The notes under the pieces are model-generated. The model did no database searches and was not told the DNA's origin. It worked only from the letters and a program-made list of their open reading frames with translations. A program made the translations under genes and the position numbers. A DNA stretch of 64,000 bases from Octopus sinensis (lineage: Eukaryota): assembly GCF_006345805.1 (NCBI RefSeq), contig NC_042999.1, forward strand, positions 133,052,001 to 133,116,000. Direction: 5' to 3'. Positions 50,921-62,720 of the stretch are shown here, piece by piece; within the stretch, counting starts at the first letter, position 1; every line of letters starts with the position of its first letter.

Positions 50921-51324
50921 ACAAGTTCTTTCAGTTTCTGTCTACCAAATCCAGTCACAAGGTGTTGCGCGGTCGGACGCTACAGTAGAAGACTCTTATG
51001 CAAGATGCAACTCAGTAAACCTGGAACTATGATTTGATAGCAATTTCTTACCACAGAGCTACGCCTGTGACCATGTTTAACGATCAATGATGTAGATTTA
51101 TTGTTAGTTAGGAACCATCTCTTTCTTATAAGAACCATTCAAGGGCAAAGCAACAACGAAGATGTACGTCCTAGGCAAAAGTCAATATTTTCATATTTTA
51201 ATTTCTCAGGCTTGTCGTCGTATAAAAACATACGTTCGGTGCTGCCTCGCTTTGTACAACGCTGGTTATATTTTCACCTTTAATTTTCAATAATTTCGTT
51301 TATCAGTTCATTAATATGTTTGAC

Positions 51325-51463
51325 GAATCAATACAGGAAGAAATGATTGATTTAGTGGATAGGAAATGAAGTTTGACAGCTACGTTAATGCTGTTTGCAT
51401 TTATTGATTTCTGTACGTTTATTGTGATTTATAGAGCAGATATTGATTTATAGATTGATTTAT
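51325..51463. promoter_or_regulatory. Candidate homeodomain-site cluster (TGATNNAT x4 plus TGACAG)
   Basis: TGATTGAT 51344; TGACAG 51374; TGATTTAT 51425, 51444, 51456. Motif match only. Confidence 0.25.
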
Positions 51464-51926
51464 ATAGTTCTTAATTTAACTTTTAATTACTGTTCAATAA
51501 TTCAGTGTTCAGAGTTGTTGAGTTGCAAATTACACCGTTGGCCTGTTGACTTCCTACAGTCTCCCGATACAGAATTATATTGATTTTCAGGCACGCTTCA
51601 CACACGCACTAACTCACACACGCACGAATACACCCACCCAACTCCACACACATACACACATTTACACATAGTATGTTTGTGTCTGCGTGCTTGCGCATGT
51701 CTGTATACTTGTCTACGCAACTCTTTAGGCCAGTATGCGTATATCTGTTAACGCAAGTACTACTTCAACAAGAATGGAGGAGCCGTGTCCGTACCTGTGT
51801 AGCGAATGAACGTTAAGCACTTAGTTGATTTTGTTTCAGAGACAGGTTTGATTCAAGGTTGCAGGTTTATTTTATTTATTTATTTATTTATTTGTTTTGT
51901 TTTGTTACTTCTATAAGTATTTCTAC

Positions 51927-52088
51927 AACAGGCACCAGGCCTAAAATTCTGTTGTGGGAGACTAGTCACCCCAGTGCTCTATCGTTTCCGAAAAAACGAA
52001 AGGCTGGGTCGACTTCGAAGAAATTTGAACTCAGAATGTAAAGCCAGCTAAGCATTTTGTCTGGCGTGCTAACGATTTTGGCAGCTCA
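51927..52088 (-). mobile_element. SINE family 2
   Basis: aggcaccaggcctaaaatt...aatttgaactcagaatg...ggcgtgctaacgattttggcagctc. Confidence 0.75.
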
Positions 52089-52567
52089 AACTCTTCCGGA
52101 AAAGTATATATAAACCACCAATTGTATTCCTCTTCAGTGTTGTGTCTTATGATTACTCACCTATTCATGGATGTCCCCAGACGCTGAAGCTGAAGTCAAA
52201 CTACCAGTTGTGTTTATGTCATTAGTGCATGATATAAATAAATAACATGTTTGTTCTGTCCATCAACATTCTGAGGCCAAATTTTGACGCGATCAGCTTT
52301 AGTTTTGAGCCATCTGAAGTCGTATTAACTAAATTGAGTACCAGTATTCTATCAACAGAACCTCGTATCATTTTATATTAAATTGACGGTTCAAAAATAT
52401 GCAAGCCGAAATACATGCAACAGATGTTCAACCTGGATGGTAGAAATTGTTGTTTAAGTGTATGGAAATATTCATTAGAGCAGTGTACGAAAGATGAGAG
52501 GGGTTCCAGATTGTGCTGATTGAGCGAGAGAGAAACTTCCAGTTATTTTTTCATAAAAACGTGAGTG

Positions 52568-52950
52568 AGGCACAGGAGTGGCTGTGTGATAAATAGCTTG
52601 CTTACCAACCACATGATCCCGGGTTCAGTCCCATTGCGTGGCACCTTGGACAAGTGTTTTCTATAGCCTCGCGAGTGGATTTGGTATACGGAAACTGGAA
52701 GGAGCCCGTCGTATATGTATATATATATGTATGTGTATGTGTGTGCATATGTTTGCGTGTCTGTGTTTGTCCTCTCAACATTGCTTGACAACCGATGCTG
52801 GTGTGTTTACATCCCCGTAACTTAGCGGTTTGGCAAAAGGGACCGATAGAATAAATACTAGGCTTACAAAGAATAAGCTCTGGGGTCGATGTGCTCGACT
52901 AAAGGCGGTGCTCCAGCATGGCTGCAGTTGAATGACTGAAACAAGTAAAA
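52568..52950 (+). mobile_element. SINE family 1, near full length
   Basis: Head, body and tail all present. Confidence 0.9.
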
Positions 52951-53145
52951 GAGAGTAAATAGAGAGTAAGTGAGGGGAGGAGAGAGTGCCAATTTGTATT
53001 TGACAGTATGTGAACTTCATTTTGTGGTAATTTGAAGCAGCAGTGAGTTTTACTAAGAATTAAAGAAGAATGGAAAAGCTTCAGTAGTGTTTTGGACTTG
53101 GAGGGCTCCAATTATTGCTAACTGGAAGGACAAAGAGGGACAGGG

Positions 53146-53198
<53 letters not shown>

Positions 53199-53223
53199 GT
53201 GTGTGCACGCGCGTGTGCCTGTT

Positions 53224-53438
53224 TATGAGGGGGAGCTGAACAGTTCCTGGTTTTGAGTAAAATACAGGAAAATCAGTTAATTACGATTTTATTCAACATA
53301 TTGTCTTCTCAGATTCATACATTTATTGCAGCGGTTCTTCACTGTTCCTAAGCCCTGTAAAAGAACTTGGAAGGTTGTATCTCCAGCCAGGCTTTTCGCG
53401 ACACTCTTAAAATCAGGAAACTTTCATCCTCCTCTTAT
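53224..53438. mobile_element. Mariner-derived MITE
   Basis: TIRs tatgagggggagctgaacagttcctggtttt / aaaatcaggaaactttcatcctcctcttata with TA ends; same TIR type as the mariner at 3407. Confidence 0.72.
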
Positions 53439-54147
53439 ACACACACAAACTCGTATGCAGATTTTATATATCAGTATAAAGAGCCAGCCTTCACTTGCGA
53501 GGAGTATGACTTGATGATATATACCATGCTTCGCTAATTGTTATAGGTACCCACATAGTCGCGAGCAGGCATAGACTGGAAGAACATGAAACGAAATGCT
53601 ATGTTCAAGAACACAACCCGCTGCCCGGTACAGCTATTGCACCTACAACCTTATGTTCTTTTTCTTTCATCTAGGTTTGTTTCCAGTTCTGTTTTGTAAT
53701 GGGGTGCAATAGACACTTACTGAATAGGCATGCTCTAGTGTTTAAATTTTTTGCCTGATGTCAATGTTTGAAGCACGATGTTTTCGACTTTTAAGCTTAC
53801 ATTGAAATTTATATATTTCAGATAACATTGGTTGTCTATAAGTTTTTAGGTATGTTTTGGTGGGAAAGTTTTAATTCTGGTGTAAAAGAGCCACTAACAA
53901 CCAAATATCTTTCAGTTCATTTTCCTGAAAATGTTAATGGCCTTTGGAAAATTAATCTAGAGAAAACTTTAAAGGAATAAATAAGTAAATATGAAAATAT
54001 AAATTCATGAAAAGTGGTTGAACGTAAACACCGTCCTATCTCTAATATATATTTGAAAGTAAAACTATTCCCTATGTCCACACGCACGCACAGACTCTCT
54101 TTTTCACACACACATACACACACACCACACATACACACACACACATA

Positions 54148-54178
<31 letters not shown>

Positions 54179-54670
54179 CGTATACGCATGTACAGGCGTA
54201 GACACAGTTATAGTTGCAAGCGGTACCAGTGGAAATTACATAGTGTAAGTCAGCATATTTGAATATCTACTTGCCCTTCTGTCGACGTATATAACTGCCT
54301 ACTTTCACAATACTGATTAACATTTGAAATTGACAACAAAAATTATGGCGGTGTCGCAGTATGATCACATCCTTAGGTCTGGAACACGTAAAAGATGAAA
54401 GTCTAACAGGCATAGCTTTTTGCTAACCAAGGTTATTTCACTGTAATTTAACTATCGACATACTTTTTAAATTTATAGATCCTCATGAGATTGTGTCATT
54501 ACATTAGATATTTCGAGTGTGCATGCGATTTGAACACGCAAATGCAGAATAATATAGACCTTCTCTCCCTTTCTCCCTTTGTCTTCTTTCCCCCCCTCTC
54601 TCTCTCTCTTTTTCTCGTGTTTTTACTTCAATTTTTCACTGAGTGCTCTATTTCCGTTACCCCTTTGTCT

Positions 54671-54714
<44 letters not shown>

Positions 54715-55029
54715 ATATCTTTTGTCATTCAAGTTATTACTTGCCTTGGCGTAACACACGGACAAAGCAGCCAGGACGCAGGAACGAGAAGAATAAAATT
54801 ATAATTGGACCAAAGCAATCCTTCTACTATCCATTTAAGAATTTTTCTACCCATTTAAGAAACTTGATTCGTACCAGTGATAATTATGTGTCGTTGACTT
54901 TATAAGAATTTATAAACGATAGAGAGCGTTAAAACATTTCCTTTTGGGACATTGGATCTCGAAGAACACTCACCCCATCAAATAGTCGTTGTTTGAAGAG
55001 GTGCACTGTGGACCATGCGTCAGGTGTTC

Positions 55030-55152
55030 AAGGGATCGTAGAGCAACGGAAGACGAAGTATTTTGCTCAAGAACACAAAGCCCCACCCGGTCTGGGAACT
55101 GAAATCACGATCGCTAGAGCAATACCCTAACAACTAAGCCATGCGCCCTCAC
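55030..55152 (-). mobile_element. SINE family 3 fragment
   Basis: ttttgctcaagaacac...ccggtctgggaactgaaatc...ctaagccatgcgccctc. Confidence 0.7.
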
Positions 55153-55164
55153 TATATATACATA

Positions 55165-55330
55165 TATATATAAGGTTAATCCAAACGGGAAAACAGAAAA
55201 AACAACAACACGTGGAACAATTACAGTATTATTATTATTAGGCGCTCAGGAAAATGGAAGAAGGAGGGTATGACGTTTCGAGCGGAGCTCTTCGTCGGAA
55301 ACATAGGAGAAAGAAAGATCCCGAGACGGG
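55165..55330 (-). ncRNA. Hammerhead-bearing short repeat (copy 4)
   Basis: Minus strand gttt-CCGACGA-A-GAGC-tcc-GCTC-GAAAC-GTC-atac (55268-55302). Confidence 0.68.
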
Positions 55331-55999
55331 AGGACAGAGGAAAAAAAATTGCTGGTAGTCTTCACGAGGTCACATACTGAAAAGACGGAAGTTGTAAAAA
55401 AGGAGGAAAATGTTTTTTAAAAACAGGAGAGCTGAATCAAAGAGGGAATGGTAAAAAAGGTGTGCGAGAAAACGAGGGTGTGTGTATGTGTGTGTGCGTG
55501 TGTGTGTATGTGTATGTATGGTGGACAGTGGCTAGTAGCGGGCAGTAGTAGAGTTAAAGGAGTGTGTGGGGGTACCCTAGCAAGTGAGAAAGGCAGGTCA
55601 GAAACAGGGAGGTATGTGTGTGTGCGTGTGTATGTATGTGTGAGTGTGTGCGTGTGCATGTGTGTATGTGTGTGTGAGGCGAGATAAAAAAACAAAAAAT
55701 ATGTATATGTTAGTGCGTGCAGGGCGAACAGATGACAAGCAAGTCTCGAGTGAGTGGTCAGTGGTAAAAAGTGGGAAGAAGAGGGAAGAAGGGAAAGAGG
55801 GAAAGGGTGGGGGCGTATGTAACGTGCCAGTGTGTGTGTAGAGTGGTAGTGTGTCCAGTGTGCGTAGTTGTGTGTATGGCAAGTAAATTTGAAGTGTGTG
55901 TAAGTGTAATGTATATATATATGCAAATGTGTGTGTGTGAGTGGGTGTGTGTATGTGTGTGCGTGTGTGTACAAAGAGGGGGGGTTTAAGGAAAAAAAA

Positions 56000-56236
56000 A
56001 CTGCAGCGGAGCACCGCCTTTAGTCGAGCAAATCGACCCCAGTACTTATTCTTTGTAAGCCTAGTACTTATTCTGTCGGTCTCTTTTGCCGAACCGCTAA
56101 GTTACGGGGACATAAACACACCAGCATCGGCTGTCAAGCGATGTTGGGGGGACAAACACAGACACACAAACATATACACACATACATACATACATATATA
56201 TATATAATATATATATATATTATATATATATATATT

Positions 56237-56267
<31 letters not shown>

Positions 56268-56459
56268 CTATATATATATATATATATACATATATACGAC
56301 GGGCTTCTCTCAGTTTCTGTCTACCAAATCCACTCACAAGGCTTTGGTCGGCCCGAGTCTATAGTAGAAGACACTTGCCCAAGGTTCCACGCAGTGGGAA
56401 TGAACTCGGAACCATGTGGTTGGTAAGCAAGCTACTTACCACACAGCCACTCCTGCGCA
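56000..56459 (-). mobile_element. SINE family 1, near full length
   Basis: Reverse copy with internal (TA)n. Confidence 0.9.
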
Positions 56460-57557
56460 TATATATATTAATTTTTAAAAAATTCATTAACTTTTAATTT
56501 TTTAACGTTTTAATTTTTAAAGTTCTTTTTAATTTAATTAAAAAGACTATTTGGTCTTCAATTGTATTTGGCTTTTAAAATAAATCTATATAATTTTATA
56601 TTATATTGGTTCTCTCTTCACATTTCTCCCTCTATTTCTAAAGTTCAAGCTTACCAAAATTTTCTCAACTTTCCCATCATAATATAAGTACTGTTGATTA
56701 TTCATTCATTCTTCTGATACAATTCCGTACAGATGACTAAATATTAAAGATTTAACACAATATCTGGATAGCAATTTACCTGAAGACAATGCAAGTGTTT
56801 TCGTGTATAATGAACCAATTACAAACATTAATGTCTTTATGACTATCCCTTCTTCAATTTTGGCCATCCTCTGCCCTTTTTATCCTATTGAATGACTCCC
56901 CTCCTCTATTCTTTCTATTCCACCCACTCTTTCCTTCACTTCGTTTTAGTCCTTCTTTTCCAAAATCCACACTATTCTTCTCCTTTCCTCTTTATTTCAA
57001 TTCCACTTGCCTTATACTGATTCATATTGCTTCTCTTCGCTCCAGTACCATACTTGGTTCGAGGCAGAAATGACTCTAACGAAAGTAGCAGCCATTTTCT
57101 AAGTCGACCAATTTTTCTCAACTTATCATTGGGTCGACTGAGTAAACCTAGCAATAACTACCAGAAACAGCTGTAAGTAAAATTTACTACAATAAACAAA
57201 AATATGCAATGACCATTATTTATGCTTTATCTTATATATATATATATATGTGTGCAGATGTGTGTGTGTGTGTTTGCGCGCGTGTGTGTATCTACGTATG
57301 AATGTATATATATGCGCGTGCACACACGTATACACATAAGTATATGGCTGACAATTGATTATGACCATTATTTCGGTAAAGATGACTGTTAATGTCCAGC
57401 CCTTTATATGTGTGTGTTTGTGTGTGTGTATGTATGTGTGTTTGTGTGTATTTGTGTGTGTGTTGTGTGTGAGTAGATATATATATAAAGAGAGAGAAAG
57501 AGAGACAAACAGACAGACAGTGATAGAGAGAGAGAGACAGACGCATACGCATCTTTC

Positions 57558-57592
<35 letters not shown>

Positions 57593-57639
57593 ACCTATCT
57601 TTCTTCTTTTTATTTTTATTCTTTTATAATTTTTGTTTA

Positions 57640-57890
57640 AGTCACTTTGAGCCTAATACTTATTTTATCGGTCTTTTTTGCCGAACCGCTAATTTACGGG
57701 AACGTAAACACACCAGCATCGTTTGTCAAGCGATGGTGGGGGGGGGGGGGGGTGTAACAAACTCAAACTCAAAGGTGCACGCACACAAGGCTATAGTAGA
57801 CGACATTTGCCCAAGGAGCCATGCAGTGTGACTGAACCCGGAACTATGTGGTTGGGAAGCAAGCTTCTTACCAAGCAACCACGCCTGCTC
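57640..57890 (-). mobile_element. SINE family 1, diverged and deleted
   Basis: ggtcttttttgccgaaccgctaa...catttgcccaagg...gactgaacccgg. Confidence 0.7.
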
Positions 57891-57899
57891 CTACACACA

Positions 57900-57941
57900 C
57901 ACACACACATACATGCATATATACATGCATATATATGTATG

Positions 57942-57993
<52 letters not shown>

Positions 57994-58012
57994 GTATATA
58001 TATATGTATATA

Positions 58013-58051
<39 letters not shown>

Positions 58052-58156
58052 ATATATATATAATATATATATATATGTGTATATATATATATGTATATGT
58101 GTATATATGTATTGTATATATATATATATATATATTATTATATATATATATATATA

Positions 58157-58203
<47 letters not shown>

Positions 58204-58277
58204 GTATATATGTGTATATATATATATATGATATATATATATATATAGATATATATATGTATATATATATGTATATA

Positions 58278-58360
<83 letters not shown>

Positions 58361-58402
58361 TATATATGTATATATGTATATATTATATATATATATATAT
58401 GT

Positions 58403-58462
<60 letters not shown>

Positions 58463-58485
58463 GTATATATGTGTATATATGTATG

Positions 58486-58566
<81 letters not shown>

Positions 58567-58573
58567 ATATATA
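57900..58573. repeat. About 670-bp interrupted (TA)n tract
   Basis: Direct inspection; the longest TA tract in the window. Confidence 0.95.
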
Positions 58574-59845
58574 CAGGGTGCAGTGAATAAATCATCTAAA
58601 TTGCCCAAAAATGAAAATAATGCTGACATCTCATTTTAACAGATATATTTAACAAAATCACATAAAAATATCTTAGAATACTAAAGACTAAATTTATTCA
58701 ATAAAAACGCCATTGGCTTCAACCACAGCCTCCAGACGACATCAGATTATCTTCTGGACGTTCTCCTTGTTTAAGTTGAATGCTGCCATAATCCTTGACA
58801 TCTGTTCATCTTTGGTGTTACAAGGAGTTTTGTTGGTCTCTCGCTCAACTGCGCTCCACATATAATAATCAAAGTGGTTGCAGTCTCGGGAGTTAAGTAA
58901 TCAGATGTTAAGAATGATATGGTCGCAGAAATTGTCTGACAGCCATGGCTGGGTTCTCCAGCTTGTATGGTATGGTACTGAGTCCTGTTTACAGACACAG
59001 GGTCTTCCAGCATCCACCATCTTGACCCAGGATAGTACTACCTCCTCTAGGCACTTGATGTAGGCCTCTGTGTTGTGTCTGAAGCAGTGTGGGAAGATGC
59101 ATGAAAGCATAACGTCGCCATCACTTGTGACCACTCCAAACATCATGATGTTGACTGGATGTTTTATTTTTATCACTCTCGGTACATGTTTTGGTGACAC
59201 AGCAAGCCAACCGTTGTTCTGTGTGTTCCCCATCTGATCCTGGGAGAAACTTTTCACCTCTGAGAAAGACCAAAGCATGTTCGGTTGGAGGGGATGCTTG
59301 TGTTTGTTGAAAAGCTTCGTAGCGCGGTTTTTCCTCTTATCCTTGATGGCTTGGGATAAAAATTTCCCTTTTCTCATCTTGTATGATGAATACCGAATGT
59401 CTTCATGCACTACCTGCCAGATAAGAAACTCAGACACTCCCCTTCCCCTGCCAATGGACCTGATTGACCTTAAGGGATTGTTGTCAATCATGGCCTGGAT
59501 TTCACCAACAAATTCAGGATTTCTTTTCTTATCAAAACGATCAGAGAGAGTCTTTCGAGCTGACGTACCTTCGTAATTACCATTAGACTGATCCTTTTGA
59601 CTGCCCTCAGATTGATACCCAAATACTCTGAATGTTCATATTGGAGCTTCCGGCGCGAATGCCATGCAGTACAGTATGTCGTTTGCAAATTTCTGGCAGA
59701 CTGAATTGCGTCATGGTGCTGTTTTTTCTCACACACGGTGCCCAACTGACCCTACTACGCTGTATATTCAACAAAATCAAAACTAACAATGCACGTGCGC
59801 GAAATTAAAAATATAATATGGTGACAATTTACTGATCACAGTCTG
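58574..59845 (-). mobile_element. Tc1/mariner DD37D (maT-type) transposon, full length between TA ends, pseudogenised
   Basis: TA|cagggtg...cagtctg|TA ends. LWSFSEVKSF, IMMFGVVTSDG, KQDSVPYH...NI*LLNSRDCNHFDYYMW; I count 37 residues between the second and third catalytic D. Confidence 0.88.
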
Positions 59846-60269
59846 TATATATACATATACAGGTATATATGTATATATGTATATAAATTTGTGCATATAC
59901 ACATGCATGCCTACATGCATATACAACAATTCATTAACCCAAGCATAGTATTGACTGTGAGTTTGAAATTTCGACATGTTAGGCCATCATCATGCTGTAC
60001 CCGATTATAACTTAGCAGGCTGATTCTTCGAAATTTCTATTAATACTATTCGTGTAAAAGAGCAATAAATATGTACTCAAGAAAAAATAATGAGTAATCG
60101 TTCAATATAAAATTGCTTTTATTTCACTTAAAAAAAAACAAACAGTAACATAAGTATGTGTGTGTGTGTGTGTGTGTTGTGTCTCTGTGGGTTTGTGACT
60201 GTGCGTGAGTATAAATGGATATCTATGTGCATGTATATACATGTATATATGCACCTTATATGAATATGC

Positions 60270-60304
<35 letters not shown>

Positions 60305-60346
60305 ACATACATATATAGAGAGATTATATTTACATTATATTACATA

Positions 60347-60392
<46 letters not shown>

Positions 60393-60430
60393 GAAGCCTA
60401 CTATATGTTGCTTTAATAACATCGTATTGT

Positions 60431-60543
60431 CCAGAGCTGTGTTGTCAATCGAACGTAGGCCACGTGATTGTTGCATGCCATCGAGGAATTGGTAAACAGC
60501 TCTGGTTGTCTAGCCACACATGACGTATGTGCAGGCATGCAAC
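60431..60543 (-). ncRNA. Pseudoknot-forming sequence resembling a decayed HDV-like ribozyme
   Basis: Two interleaved perfect 10-bp inverted repeats plus TCCTCG at the L3-equivalent position; P3 and P1.1 are defective. Confidence 0.3.
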
Positions 60544-60627
60544 CTAATCCTTTGCCTCTTATTTCTCAGCTTTCAGGCGCATACGACGGAGGTTGTCCGG
60601 TCCCTGTGGACGACGGAGTATTTCTCT

Positions 60628-60685
60628 GCTGCAATTCTTTACAACTGCAATAAATCATAGTTGCCATCGAAAACGGACAGATAAT
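60628..60685 (-). repeat. Second copy of the 58-bp motif at 27086-27142
   Basis: See 27086. Confidence 0.8.
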
Positions 60686-61340
60686 GTGTACAAAAGTCCG
60701 ATCTAAGAGATACTACTGCCATTCAGTGCCAAATATCAATATTTATGTCGATACACAGAATACAAAAACGAAGAGAAACCAAAAGAAAAATAATAGACAA
60801 TAATAAAAAAAAAAGTATATAGATAAAAGATAGATAGACAGAAAGAGACAGCAAAATCGGGAGAGCGAGAGAGAAAGAGAAGGAGTGAGGGGAAGAGAGG
60901 AAGAGAGAGGGATGCAGCATTGTGTAAATACATGCAATGAAATACTATTGTATGAATTATGGTTCTGATGTGTTATAGGCGAAATAGGCTGTTATAAAAG
61001 CTAAGGCAAAGTATCTTTGATACAGTTCCCTGTTGGATATTTCCATCAATAGAAATAAAATGCCGGCCACATTTTTAATGCCAAACCAATTACTAACATT
61101 TACAATACTTACGATCTTTTCTCTTCAGGCTGGAATTTCACCAGTTCTTTAGATACGGCTTCTATCGACATTGATGGTGTTCAAGTTGTCATCCGTGTAT
61201 ACAATCTTCCTACTTCGCAAACAGTAGCGTTTGTTTATACTTATACATAGAAATACATAGATATACATAGATATGCTCTATTATGTATGGGAACTTACAC
61301 ACACATTCACAAATATTTAAGAAGTCTCTCTGTGTTTAAG

Positions 61341-61373
<33 letters not shown>

Positions 61374-61452
61374 TTATATATATATATATATATACATGTA
61401 TGTATTTATGTAAGTGTGTGTGTCTCTCTCTCTCTTTCTTTCTCTCTCTTTT

Positions 61453-61514
<62 letters not shown>

Positions 61515-61515
<1 letters not shown>

Positions 61516-61752
61516 TTTATTTAAAGCAGCAGAAAATTCAACAAAACCTGTTACTCTGAGTTTCCCGTTGCCGTTCATCGGACAGCTTTTGCAAGAATTC
61601 TAGATTCTAGCAAAAACAGTCCGATGAACGGCAACGGGAAACTCTGAGTAACAGGTTTTGAATTTTCTGCTGCTTTAAATAAAGCATATTACTCTACTAC
61701 TGGTATTTGAGTACTCTTTTTTCCACCTTGTTTCACATTTATGTGTTTACTC
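61515..61752. mobile_element. Penelope-terminus-like repeat with a 170-bp spacerless palindrome carrying two inverted hammerhead motifs
   Basis: Arms 61515-61601 and 61602-61684. Hammerhead motifs at 61612-61659 (+) and 61543-61590 (-). The right arm continues to 61752; (TA)n lies on both sides. Confidence 0.85.
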
Positions 61753-61756
61753 CGGT

Positions 61757-61791
<35 letters not shown>

Positions 61792-62512
61792 TATGCATAC
61801 ATACACATATACATATACATACATGTTTGTGCGTGATATAGTCATACAGTGGTAATATATCGGGACTTGAAACACCATGCCCAACAATACTGGATAATAA
61901 CCAGACAACAAAGAATATAATCGCTTGTGGAAACTGGGACATATGTTGTATAATGCCATCATATAATGAGTTTTGAAGATATCACAAGAATCTGAACTCA
62001 TAACATATTCATTAAAGATTGATGGGTGTGATTTTTCCCATTCTTTTGTTTCAAAATAATGAGAAGAGACTTAAGAGATATTGCTAGCTTACTAAGTAAC
62101 TTTTTAACACAACTATTGTATATTTGCCAGTCACAAACTTGCTTTTTCTCTCCTCCATGTCTCTTCTTTCTTTTTTTTATTTTAACGTCTCGATAGGACA
62201 TATCTTACGTCTCCAACCTCTGTCAAATCGTAGCTGTAACTCCATGATCGATATGAGGATACATCCACAGACACTTCCATAATTTCAACTTTATTTACAT
62301 TTCAGACTCATTATTATATACAGGCTTATTCATAAATCTGTAACACAGTCATTACTCATAAGCTCGCTATATTATATGGAGCAATTTTAAGAGAATTTAC
62401 TCACCCCTAATAATAAACATTAATATATAGTGAGTTGTACTCTTTATAAACTCATGAACTAATGCCAAAGACTACATAAGTTATTGAAATGAATCCACTT
62501 CACCAATATTTC

Positions 62513-62548
<36 letters not shown>

Positions 62549-62564
62549 AAAAAGACCTATAAAC

Positions 62565-62720
62565 TTCGCCTCATAGGCCCTGTTTCCCGGTTTCTGTGGC
62601 GTATGTGTCCCCTCCAGCTGGACGGGACGCCAGTCCATCGCAACGTTACTCAAGAAACAGGAAGAGAGAGTGAGAGAAAGTTGTGGCGAAAGAGTACAAC
62701 AGGGGTCGCCACCACCCACT
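62565..62720 (-). mobile_element. SINE family 3-related 3' fragments
   Basis: cataggccctgtttcccggtttc...ctggacgggacgccagtccatcgc...gagagaaagttgtggcgaaagagtac. Confidence 0.55.

Noticed and set aside
56560-57060. Purine-rich minus-strand stretch as an L1/Tx1 relic
   Set aside because: Composition is suggestive, but no motif could be read with confidence.
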